Shown: positions 10,701 through 21,997 of the stretch, in pieces | Numbering within the stretch: position 1 is the stretch's first letter | Layout of the letters: each line of letters starts with the position of its first letter | Origin: Neophaeotheca triangularis | Lineage: Eukaryota | Assembly: GCA_054600435.1 (NCBI GenBank) | Contig: BAAIJX010000024.1 | Span: 310,001 to 351,366, forward strand | Direction of reading: 5' to 3' | Length of the DNA stretch: 41,366 bases | Made by a program: the position numbers and the translations under genes | Notes under the pieces: generated by a model | What the model was told of the DNA's origin: nothing | Database searches by the model: none | What the model saw: only the letters and a program-made list of their open reading frames with translations

Positions 10701-12193
10701 AGAGTAGAGCGTTACTTCCACAGGGAGTAGGGCATGGCGTGGAGGCTAACGGTAAAAAACCAAGCGAGCTACCTTGCCTACCAAGGCGCCTAAGGTTGTG
10801 TTTTTGGGTTGCATGCATACTGTACTGTAGCGTACACTTTTTCCAAGCCAGTCGGTTGATAGGGAAGGGTTCCGGTTAGTGGTGCGGCGGGCTGCGGGTT
10901 GCTTTGGGTGTCACGATACTTATTAATTGCTACGTTGGATCTGTACTTGGGTTCGGCTGAGCTGGGCTGCGCTGTGCTGTCTGTTTTGCTGTCTGTTTTG
11001 CTGTCTGTCTTGTCGAAGAGTGGATGGGGGCTTGCTTCGCTCTCGTAGCTAGTGTGGTTTGGTTGGTTGATTGGTTGGTTGGTTGGTTGATTTGGGCACG
11101 GGGAAGGGGAGGTGAGAGCCGATTTGTTATGTGTTGGGCATGCATAATGTGAGTAAGGTGGGTATTTTGTCTTTCGCGGCGGTGAAGATGATAGAGGTTC
11201 GCGTTTTCTACCCGGCGATGCTGTTGCTATCGTCTAAGGTAGGTACCTTACTTGGGTCTGAGGATGGCGGTAGCGATGGCGATGGCGGTAACGGCGGCCA
11301 TGCAGTTGGTCGAGGTTTTCGCGCCACGTGTCATGGCTTTTGGTGAATATTATGTAGATGGGAGATTTCGAGGGTGTTGTGACTTGTCGGAGGAGGAAGA
11401 AATGTGCACGCCCCGTGTTACTCCGTGAAGATCCGATCTGCAGGTCGTGGGGGTATACCGGCACGTGAATAACTACCAACCTAGGTGGGTTTGGTGGGTA
11501 GGGACTGGTTACAGTTTACCTTTCCGTCTCTCGGCTCGGACCTAACTTGATACAGACTACCTAAGGTACAGACTACTACAACTGTCACTACATATACATA
11601 TACATATACAGTACATACTATCCACTGTATTGGATTGCCCTCTCTTTTCTCAACTCGCCACTTGATATAAAAGCTTCCAATTCAATCAATAAGGCATTTT
11701 CCGTCTCTTCGCACTGTTTGTCCCCGGTACCGTGCGTCATCTTCAACATTTCTCACCCATAGCCCCTATCTCTCGTTTCGTCTTCCTCTTCCTCTTCCTC
11801 TTCTTCTTCACAACAACAACATCACCCGATCGTCGACAGGAACAGCAAACGGCGACTAGTCTTTATTAGCAGTAGTTCAAGCCTAGACCTACCCTTCCAG
11901 ACTATAGTAGTACTCCATGCCCATCATATCATCATACCACACCCTACCTCTACTACATACTACCTATACCACCACACCTCGCTCTCCCCACTCCTACCTG
12001 TCACCCCACTATACCCTACTAGTCTCGAACACAGCAGATCCGGCTACACCGCAGCATTAGTACATGACCTCCTCCCCGACACCACCATCACCGCACATAT
12101 CAAATCCGCTTATCATCAATAAACGTGACTTCACCCTCGACAATCACGAAGAGATTTGGACCGTCGTCGTCGTCGTCGTCTCAGACAATCATC

Positions 12194-14294
12194 ATGGCCC
12201 CTCAAGAGCCTCTCCAAGACATTAGATACTCCTACGACATCAACAGATCAAACAACAGCACTCGCGACTCTCTAGACTGCCAAGATGAAGACGCCTACTT
12301 CTACCGCCCTTCATACTCCAACAGCGATCGCTCATATCACACTCAACCCTCCGACTACTCAACTAGCCCCGTCTACCCTACAAAACGACCAGCCCTCCTC
12401 CACCACCACGACACATGTCCAAACCGTATACCCCCCGATCCAGCAGCAAGCAATACCAGCTCCATAAACACCTACACCTCCACAATCCCAAGCATCGCCT
12501 CCATCGCAAAAGAAGAACAAGAACAAGAACACGCATACTCCTCAAACACCCCACCCTCTTACCACTCGACCACATCCCTTCAACCCATCCCAGCAACCCC
12601 CTCCGACTTTTCCGAACTCTTCCCCTCGCCTCGTCGCCTGGACATCCGCCACGATGACACTACCCTCGACGGCAACATGAACCTCCGCATCGACACGCAC
12701 GTCCTCAGCGACGCCGGCCAAAACCAGCAAACCATCACCCTCTTCCACCTACGTATGCACGACCTCAAAACACGGGACTTCTCTTTACGGCGATACCACC
12801 GCGATTCTGGAAGGGAAGTCTGCCATTCCGTGAGGAAAACCGCGCAACAGCCCAAACCTCCTGCTGCCGCTGTTACCACCGGCTCTGTCCGACCCAGTCT
12901 CCAGCGCTCCATGACCAGCGCCCTACGCACTCTCCGCTCCAAATCCGAGCACAAAGCCTCCACCCTCACCACCTCTCACACCCGCGACTCAGGCTACTCC
13001 TCGACCCACTCCAGCGATCCTCAACCCACTGCCAGCTCTTCAACTCCGCGTCCGCAATCCGCCCACAACCCTTCCCAACTCCCACCACAGCCCAAACCGA
13101 AGCCGAAAACGCTCTCAAGCAAAGACAGCTCCATCAAACTCGAATTCGCAAACTACGCCCAAACAAGCCTCAACCCGCGGTCGTCTTCGACAAGCAAAAG
13201 GCCCAAACGTTGGGATTTCGAGTACTGGGGTCTCGCTTACAGTTGGCGCAAAGTTTTTAACAAGAAGAACCGCACTTCCACTTCTAGCTCTGGAGGAGGA
13301 GGTTTGGGTTTCGAGTACCAGCTTACACGTACCGGTAGGAGTGGTGGTGGTAGTGGTGGTGGTAATGGTGGCAGGGGTGAGGTTTTGGCGTACATTGTTC
13401 CCGTTCCTTTGACGCCGGAGCAGGGGGTCGATGAGAGGGCAAAGGGGGGCTGGGTTCCTCCGTGTAGGTTGTGGGTTGTGGATGAGACCGTTTTGAAGGG
13501 GGAGAAGGATGTTGTTGAGTAAGTTCTACTTCTTCTTTTTTTTGTTTTTCTCTTTTCTCTCTTGGGACTTTTTGTGGGGGGTTTTTTTTTTTTTTTTGAG
13601 GTTTCTTGGTTTTCGGTGGTTCGATCATCTGGGGCGGGGTTTTTGAGGTGGGAGTTTGGAGATGGGAGACCTAGGAGCTCTAGAATTTGGGCTAGCTCTC
13701 CTGAGCGATTCGAGGTGTGGTCTTGGGTTCGCCGGCTCCTGGTTCGGACTTGCAAGTGTTGTGGCTTGTTCACTCGCTCTTGCTCCAGGGTCGATCTTGG
13801 AGGTCTTGTGGCTTACTCGCTCGCACTTCGTCCGCCTCTGCCCATGACGGATGAAGGAGAAGCAATCGCAGCACATCCTGGAAACTTCACTTCCGCAGCA
13901 TTGTCCCGAAGCGTTTTGATACCTGGGAAACTTGCTTGCTCAACCTCTTCCTTTCTCCCTCCCGCTTCTACCCCATCTAAAAGCTAACACAAACCCAATC
14001 ACCCCCTTCCCCTATTCCCGAACATACGAACATCTTGAAAAAAAGGAGTTGAAGAGAGAAGAGCAAGAGTCGAAAGAACGCACGCTAACCTGACCCCCCA
14101 TCTACAGCGTCGTAGTCGCCACAGCCCTCATAGCCCTCGTCGACGACGCTATCGCGACCAACTTCGGTCCTACAGCTCGCGACAGTAGCAAAAAACCTTC
14201 CACTACCACCACCACTACTACTACTAATAACAACAGTCGACCGGCCAAGCTATCTAAACGCAGCAACACTACCCCTTCTAGTCACCACTACTAA
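12194..14294 (+). CDS. Conserved fungal hypothetical protein; exons 12194-13518 and 14108-14294
   Basis: Globular-looking blocks DIRHDDTTLDGNMNLRIDT, TLFHLRMHDLKTRDFSLRRYHRDSGREVCHS, IKLEFANYAQ and KGGWVPPCRLWVVD. A GTAAGT...GCTAAC...CAG intron joins these to DVVDVVVATALIALVDD. C-terminal end uncertain. Confidence 0.8.
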
Positions 14295-14896
14295 GCAAAC
14301 CCATACCCCTAGCAACGGCAACATGGTCGCAACCCACTACCGCGCTCCGTCTCCCACTATAATTTTCGGACGTGTATGTAGCAGTAGACGTAGAATAAAA
14401 CTAGTAACCCCCTCGCTCCCTTTCCCCCCTTCGAAACCGCCGAACCTAAAAGTAAAAGCCCATCCCTTATCGAAGCTAACGCGTAGCTGTAGAGTCGAGT
14501 TTGTAGCGCCGAAACGGTTTTGGAGCGAGGCTGTTTCCGCTAGGGGGAAAATTACGGGGGCTAGACAAGGGCATTACCGGGCTAAGGAGGCGTGTTAACT
14601 AGTCTAGACCAGCCGATAGATTTCCTTCTTAACGTAACGCCGAGTGTATATATGTATAGTTATTCCCGTCCGTCTAGATAGAGGGAGTAGCTATAAGCTA
14701 CCCTACTAGGTTAGTCGAATAGGATAGCTCGTCAGGCCTATTTGTTACTTATAATGACTTGGCCTATCGCCTATCGAGCGCTCGCGGAGCCGGCGTCGGC
14801 TATAGCCTCTATTAGGCGTGAGGATAACCCCTCCCCCCCGAGTATACATACCTTCGGTTAACGCGACGCTAAAGGAGATCGTGAGGTCTCTAGCTA

Positions 14897-16013
14897 CTAA
14901 GCAGGGCTCCGTCGCAAACGAAATGCGGATGGGAGTGAGGAATAGTGGGGAACCAGGAACCATGGCCCCGTCCGCTCGGGCATTTCGTTTGCGTATGAGA
15001 AGGGGTACGCCGAATTAAAGGCACCGAGGATCGACTTCCCTTTAGCCAACCCTATGTAAAAGGAGCGCGGGAACGCCACGGCGTGATTGTAATCTTTCTA
15101 ATGGTCTGTCTATGGCGATGGTCTGACTAACCTTGTTTTTTTTGGATGGCGTGGCATTGATCTGTAAGGAAACACGGACTGGACTAGACGGCGTGAAGGG
15201 ATTTTTGTGCATCTTGGACGATTCCATCGAGATGGTCCGGCTTCACTGGTTTGAATTGGTCGTTGTCTTCGACGAGGCAGATGCCCTGGGAACTACCGTG
15301 GCTGGCAATGTGAACGATGTAGGGCTTGTGCTCCAGTATCGCTCTATACAGGTCGCGCGAACAATATCGCGGAACGGGTACGATGGCGATAGACTTGGTG
15401 CAGCGAATTTGACGTCTCAGGGAGCTCCTTTTCTTGTTTCAGGGATTGCGCATTTGATGGGTTAGCCGACACGAATAGAGACATCGTAGAGTGTATCTTG
15501 GAGCTTCGTCGGGAGACGCTGCAAATCGTTGTGCACTCGCTCGTCCAAGGCTCTATTCTTGCCCTTGACGATTCGTTCCAATCATTGAAACAGGGCTTTG
15601 TAACCTTTTGACCTGAGCTTCCGCGATCTCGGTCCCAATCGTCTCCAAGCGAGTTTGCAGTCAATCGCTACTAGAGCTGTATAGCCACATGCCCATTGCT
15701 GAGACGATCGTGAAATAGACCCTTGTGGCTGTCAGGGTCATATCGGCCCAATGTGCGGCCAATCTCCTCGACGAATTTTCTTCCAGACCCCTCGAGCATC
15801 TCGCTTGCTTTCGTGATCGTACGACTGGATCTGAATGCGGACCTGTTGAAGTCCTCAATCCAAGAACTGTAACAGTCGCAACGTTTATCTTCGGTCATGT
15901 TTTTGTTGGCTAGATAGGATTCCAAGCCAAATGAGGCTTCCTGAGATGAAGGCTTGATCGAGGGTAACGGAATCGAATCGCGCAACGTTTCCAAGAATAT
16001 TCGCTTGAGCCAT
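14897..16013 (-). pseudogene. Decayed CHAT-domain (caspase-like, clan CD) protease with a helical, probably HeLo-like N-terminal domain
   Basis: Stitching frames gives LFVSANPSNAQSLKQEKEL / RDLYRAILEHKPYIVHIASHGSSQGICLVEDND / SLHAV*SSPCF / VSQTIAIDRPL / AVAFPRSFYIGLAKGKSILGAFNSA, the CHAT motif order with a His (15298-15300) and Cys (15172-15174) dyad. Several frameshifts and TAG stops. Confidence 0.75.
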
Positions 16014-16464
16014 GTTCCAAGGTCAGCTAGTCTACGTTGATAGGTGCGGTGAGCCGTGGATATGCTGAATTTTTAAAGGGATGTGGAGAAATGTGGAAGG
16101 GTCACGGTATGCTAGCTAGGCACTGTGAAACTGAAGGTCAGAAGAGAGGTTGTGGCAATACATACCTATGAGTGCCGGAGTATAGTACGGAAAATGAACC
16201 GGAGGAGGCATGTACAAGGCCGTAGACCGCTCTGATTCTACTCTTTAGAAACTGGCGGCTCGTTTCCGTCTCTGGACTTGAACGTCACAACGCATCAATG
16301 GCCAGTCCAGCGAGTTCCGGAGGAGTAGTGGATAGATAGACGAAGGGTCGGGAAGAGTCGTTGGATCGTTGACCATCGCTCGACAGGCTACATCCCTAGC
16401 TATTACGGATTTCTATAGGTGGCATTGACACGCAGTCGCACAGTCGTGCATTACTCATCATGTT

Positions 16465-17543
16465 CTAAAGCTCCTCCTTAAAACCCTGCTCGCCGCTCGC
16501 AAGTTCCCTTGCGCCCAACTCCGTCAGTGCCATCGCTCGCGAACCCGCGAAGGCAGGATCAGGCGAGAGTTTTCGCACGCCCATGAAGTCTACGGATCCG
16601 CCGTTGGTGAACTGCTTCTCGAGGACTTGACGAAGCGTCGTTGTCATATTGTCTTCGTCGGCCATTTCTCCGAAGACTATGACTGAGTCGAGAGAATCGT
16701 TATCGGTGCGGTGCGGCTCGCTGACGCTACTCAGCGCGGCTTTGAAGCGTTTATAGCAGTCGTTCGGATCGTCTGCAGTCTCTGTGCAGCGTGACAAAGC
16801 GTTGTGGCCAATGTCGCCAGAACTGGCGCGGCCAATGATATCTACCACGCCACATTCCTCCCTCCATAGGATAGCTGTCATGGACTCGCGTGTGTATTCG
16901 ACGGTCATGATGAGGCGTTCTGGATCCTCGCGAAACGCCGGATCGTCCGGGCGGATGTACGGATCTGAGCAAGTCCCATGCTTTCCAAAAGCCTGGACGA
17001 GCTGGCTTGCTCCATGTTCGAGGCGATCCCAGCCGTATACACCTAGGTCCTTCAAGGCTGACTCTACGGTTTGCTGAGCCATTTCGTCCTTGAAGTTGCC
17101 GGGATCATAGGCAGACACGGCTATGGAGTGGATGTCTGTCTCGAGCGCGGTCTCTGCGGCGGCAACGAGCGCTTTAAGCATGGGTGCGAGAGATTGGTTC
17201 ACACGGGCCCTCCGAATAGGCCAAAAGTCGCATAATCGTAGTGAGAATGGGCAGTACCTGGGAACATTGAAGGTGTTGCCTTGGTCGGACGAGCCGAGCA
17301 TGTGCGCTTTGTATCGATCGCCGCCTTCAATTTTGGCTATATCGATGTAGCTGCCATTTGGAAAGCGAGCGCTCACGGTTCTAGAGAGTAGTTGTTACCT
17401 GGTGGTGCCCTTGATTAATCTTAAATCGGAGAGCCTCACGCATATCCGCTCGATAGAGAGATCCCGAGACCTGGGCCATCGTGTATTACAGTACTCGAGT
17501 GAGATAAGGCCGAGAATGGGAGCAGAACGTGTTGCCACCGCAT
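16465..17543 (-). CDS. Secretory-pathway protein with a degenerate Hsp70/actin-like ATPase fold and C-terminal KEEL; exons 17543-17440 and 17380-16465
   Basis: Exon 1 MRWQHVLLPFSALSHSS...GLGISLSSGYA, a 59-nt GTGAGG...TAG intron (17381-17439), then an open 303-codon frame ending FKEEL*. Confidence 0.75.
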
Positions 17544-17787
17544 CTTGCTTGTTGTCGTTATCTATAATGCGATGGAAGGAGAAAGATGCGGAGAGCCAGG
17601 TAGAGCAGACCGGACGCTCCAGCGCTTTACAGTTATCAGACGTTACTCACCACTCCTAAGGCGGTCATTCCACGTATGCGCGTAGTAGCGCTGGAAGGAC
17701 CGCTACAGCCTACAGCCTCGTATATCTCACATTCATTGGAGAACCTGGTCTGTCATTCACGCGCGACTTTGCTGATTTAATTGAGGC

Positions 17788-17800
17788 TTAGGGTTAGGGT
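17788..17800 (+). repeat. Interstitial telomeric repeat (TTAGGG)2T
   Basis: ttagggttagggt, same orientation as the terminal telomere. Confidence 0.8.
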
Positions 17801-17805
17801 ACATA

Positions 17806-19142
17806 ATGCAAGCGAAAGGGGCTCGACTGCAAGTCGATCGACGGGTATGCTCGGAACGTCAACTGGCTCTTCTGGACTTACGGCCATATCAACATGTGTG
17901 ACCCGTACATTAGCTTGCCAGACATGTCTTACAAGATGCAACATCTCAACGATCGAGGAAGGAAAGGGCTGTTAACAAGTTGCAGGATATGCAGTGTTAC
18001 TAGACACTCGGTGAGAAGATGCTTCGCGGAATGATGCACCTTTACCCTGAGCCACACATCATCGACAAATACCTCGAAGGCGCCGGCTGATAATTCACAG
18101 ACGACAAACGCGCCTACGGACCTAAGCAAGTGCGTCGGTTACCACATGGCGATGCTATAGGTAAGAAGATTTTCAGCTGAGCCAAAGCCTCGACCGTCAA
18201 CGCCGATGGTTATGAAATGCTCATCAACTCCATGTTCTGGTGCGATATGACTTAGTACTTCCCCGGCGTGCCTGGCAGAAAGAAGGCTCCGGTCCGACTG
18301 GCCTACCGGCACCTCTTGTCGTCTTCCCCTCCGTCTCTCTAGGCAACGAGACCGACGTTTCCTCGTAGAGCCTTGACGACAATCTCAGTAACGCTGTCAA
18401 CGAGTACCCCGCAGCGAATGACGACTTGGAAGCCAATTCCGATGTGTGGACCGACGAAGACTCCCACGACGACTCTGATGAAGATACTAACTAAGGCTCT
18501 AATAAAGACTCAGACTCAGACTCAGACTCTGACGAAACACTGCCAGTTGCAGATGATCAAAATCCCTACCATGGCGTTAGTGGCGACTACTAGGTGTTAT
18601 CCGCGACACGGCCGTTGACAACGTGGAGGATCTGCAGTCAGACTGACCTGGGGAAGAAGTACAGTTTAGATTCCTTCCACGAACTCTAGTTGTCGGTCAG
18701 AAAGCTCGACGACGACAGTAAAGGCCCGAAGGATGCCCCAGACCTCTTTGGCCGCTTTAAGGGCGCTATCCATAGCTGCGATGGAAATAAGCCTACTCAC
18801 AATCCTCACAACTACAAGTATGGCTCTCCTCTGACGACTGCCGACGGCTAGGGGTACAAAATGACACCGCTTTGCAAGCAGGTAAACGAGGTCAGATGTG
18901 ACGTTTCCTATAAGGTCTTCCACGGCTTTATCGAAATCCGCGGTGAGAATCTACTAGATACTATGCTAGGCGCTGAGCGCGAGGGCCTGAAACGTGAATT
19001 ATCTGGTTGCGAACTGCTTACAAAGTGGTATTTCGGACGTATACACCCGACCTTTGCTGCTTCCAGTGGGGCGCGAAAGGACACCTGCCGACGGGACAAC
19101 GGCCTGTGTTGGCCGCGCGCTCATCTCGGCTGGTGGTTCTAG
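17806..19142 (+). pseudogene. Stop-riddled pseudogene of unknown family with an acidic linker
   Basis: Protein-like text across two frames (MLRGMMHLYPEPHIIDKYLEGAG; YEMLINSMFWCDMT; DEDSHDDSDEDTN*GSNKDSDSDSDSDE; DLFGRFKGAIH; VFHGFIEIRGENLL) interrupted by isolated TAG/TAA/TGA codons compatible with C-to-T changes. Confidence 0.55.
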
Positions 19143-19931
19143 CAAGGGAAACTGCAAGAGCAGTGCGAAGTTGACTGTAGGTGGCACCGACAGCATCGAG
19201 AAATTACATGAGAACGGGTCCAGATCGCCGACATAATTTGTTCACCAGAGTACTCGACGTGGCTTTGGCAATGAAAAACTGCTTCCATCGTGGCGTCTCG
19301 TTAACCGGATCCATCGTTCTGGCTTATCGAACCGGGAGCAGCTCTAGGCAAGTTTGGTGCCGAGATTGACTCATTATATCATCATGAAGCGGAGCTCTTT
19401 GTCTTCTTTGTTCCTTTTTCCCGGACTGTAGGTCACCGGGTCAGGTCTCGAGAGGCTGGTCGTGTCTCGCACAATCGCGAGCTTGCTTCGTCCGCATTGA
19501 ATGAGTGCTAGACTACAGCGTGGTGTCCTAGGAGCTCACCCGCATGCTTCAAGACAAGTAATCGGAACCGTGACTGTTGATGTTGTATCTAACAGCCTTT
19601 GGCTGATCCAGGGGTAAAAATGAAGACAGCGCGTGGGAGATGCGGCAATCCGATTGGTCGCTCGGAGATCTCGGTACTTCTCATCCATGCTATCGCGCTA
19701 TCTATCGATCTCCCCTCACATCGACTCATTGACCACCTGCAGCTCCAGGTACCTTATCTTCCCTCCGCCTCCATCTCCGTATCATTCCCTCAATCCTACC
19801 TCATCGCCCTGACCCCTAGCCATTGTTGCATATCTCCTATCTCCCTTGTATCCCCGCGCAATCCCTCACCCAGACCTCAGCTCATTCACGCCACCTCTCA
19901 ACCTCGGACTAAAGCCCCCACGGCCGCCACC

Positions 19932-20959
19932 ATGCCAACCCACCCTCTGAGCAGCCCCGACCAGCCCATTCCGCCCGCCAGCATCGAAAAAGTGGAAGCC
20001 TGGAGCGTCTCCCAAGCCGCTGACGTCCTCAAGGCGACCTCCATCTCCAGCCCTTCACCCACGCCTCGCCGCACCGTAACCCTCGACATCCCGCTCGACG
20101 GGGAGCCCATCCCAGACGCACCTCCTCGGCCCAAGCCCAGCGTTCCCGTCCACACCGTCTATAAGAAACGCGAACCGATCCGTCGCGATAGCCTCAAACG
20201 CCGTGAAGCTCTGCTCAAAGGCAAAGAGGGCAGCAGACAGCGGCGCCGCTGGGAGAACGACCGCTTGCTCGACAACCCGTACGCGCAGCCGCCTTTGCCT
20301 TCTGATTGGGCTGTTGGCCCCACGTACTCGCAGCACAGCGTGCCGTATTTCCTTGCACCACTCTGGGATGCTGAGTTTGCTGCGCGCAGACAAGCAAAGC
20401 CCGCCCCAGGTGCGCAGGTTAGGAACAAAGAGGAAGCGGAGGCCGCGAAGGTTGCGAGGGAGTTGCGGACAAAGCTGAAGCGTGCAAGGGGTGCGAGAGG
20501 CTTGTTGCAGGATTTGGAGACGGAGGTCAGGGGGTATGTGGAGCAGTGGGAAGACAAGGAGAGGCAGCTCGAGAGAGAGGGTTTGTTGGAGGCTGACAGC
20601 GAGGATGAGGAGATTGTTTTTGTTGGGAGGAACGGGGCGATGAGTGATGAGAAGCGCAAGCAGGATGAGGCGCTGAGGAAGGATAAGTTGGTGTTTGAAT
20701 CGTTGCTTGATCATCATGGGGCGAGCTTTGGGTGCGTATTCACAAGTGCACGCATGCTGGCCAAATTCCTTGCTGACTCTCTCACAGCCGCTACCTTGTC
20801 CATTCGATTGCGGCATACTATGGCTTGCGGACCTACTCGATTACTCTGGGCGACCCTGCACGACGCGAAGCCTACGTTGGCTTGAAAGAAGACCCCAAAA
20901 CAAGACGGCCTAGTTTGACTAAGAGTGAACTGCCCCGTCCGCTTTGGACCGTTGTCTGA
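19932..20959 (+). CDS. R3H-associated N-terminal domain / R3H protein; intron 20732-20787
   Basis: KGKEGSRQRRRWENDRLLDNP motif. Splicing GTGCGT...GCTGAC...CAG restores FGRYLVHSIAAYYGL (RxxxH) and the PRPLWTVV* end. Confidence 0.88.
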
Positions 20960-21418
20960 GAGCTATCGCAGGCCCTCATTAGCTCACTTTCATTGCACAT
21001 ACATACAACGTGATCTCCTTTCATGTCACAGTATGCACCAGGGACCAGACCATTATAGAAGCATAAGTAGGGGTCCTAGACAGCACAGTACAGCCCAGAT
21101 TCAGGCAGTAATTGAATATACATCTACCTCAGCTTCACTTGACGTCGAAATAAGGTTTTGGGTGCCTTCCCTACACATTCACATGGTTACACTAGCGTCG
21201 ATTGCTGCCTACATATTCTGCCTGCCACTTCCTATACACTCACAACCCAACCCTACAAGCAATATACGATTATTGACGGAACACCTCGAGAACATCGAAC
21301 CTCGACTTCGTCTTCTTCTTTAGAGCAGGAAACAAAACCAACTGCACCTTCCTCGACATCTTCTCCTTCCCAAGCCAAGAGCTAGTAATCAGCAACCACA
21401 CTGCCCCCCACAACCAAA

Positions 21419-21997
21419 ATGTGCCAACTCTGCGCCATCAAAACCCTTAACACCAGCGCCCGGTGGCCCAAACCCCTCGAGCCCAGCGTCAAAGACCTGA
21501 ACTTCCTCATCGACATCATCCACGAGGAGTTCCAAGAGCACGAGACCACGGGCAAAAGCCAAAGCCCGACGAAAAGCCCCCAAACCAACGTCAAATCCAC
21601 CACCACCGCCACTCCCACCTCAACCAGCACCACCACCACCACCACCAGGGGAACAACAATAAACTCCCTCCCCGCCACCCTCCTTGAAAACACCCGCCTC
21701 CTGCACGCCACGCTCTCCCACCTCGACGAATCGCGCCGCGAATGGTGGATCTCACCCGCCAAGCGCGCGCAACGCAAACAATTTGAAGACTCGGATGGCG
21801 CCAAGCTAACGGCTTTGCACAAGGTCAACAATGCGACGGTTGAGAGGATCGAGGCTATGGAGGCCAAGTTGGGAGGGTTTGTGGTCTGGGGTTTGGGACT
21901 GAGGGGTGGGGTTTGGGAGCTGGAGAATGGGGGGAAGGTTCGTGTGGGTGGGAGTGAGGCGGGGGATGGGCGCGAAGGGGAGGAGATGTATGATTGA
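21419..21997 (+). CDS. Hypothetical protein (192 aa)
   Basis: Intronless ORF with the C-rich 5' / G-rich 3' signature of genes in this window. N-terminal CQLC, ARWPKPLEP, and a helical C-half. Confidence 0.75.
   Translation: MCQLCAIKTLNTSARWPKPLEPSVKDLNFLIDIIHEEFQEHETTGKSQSPTKSPQTNVKSTTTATPTSTSTTTTTTRGTTINSLPATLLENTRLLHATLSHLDESRREWWISPAKRAQRKQFEDSDGAKLTALHKVNNATVERIEAMEAKLGGFVVWGLGLRGGVWELENGGKVRVGGSEAGDGREGEEMYD

Noticed and set aside
17806..19142. Stop-codon recoding or A-to-I-restored 'pseudogene'
   Set aside because: Stops are of all three types and a frameshift is also needed; intact neighbours use the standard code, so C-to-T decay is simpler.
14300..19590. Gasdermin or NLR partner for the CHAT relic; Starship captain
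   Set aside because: No recognisable gasdermin, NACHT/NB-ARC P-loop, TPR array or tyrosine-recombinase motifs by eye; cannot be fully excluded without profile searches.
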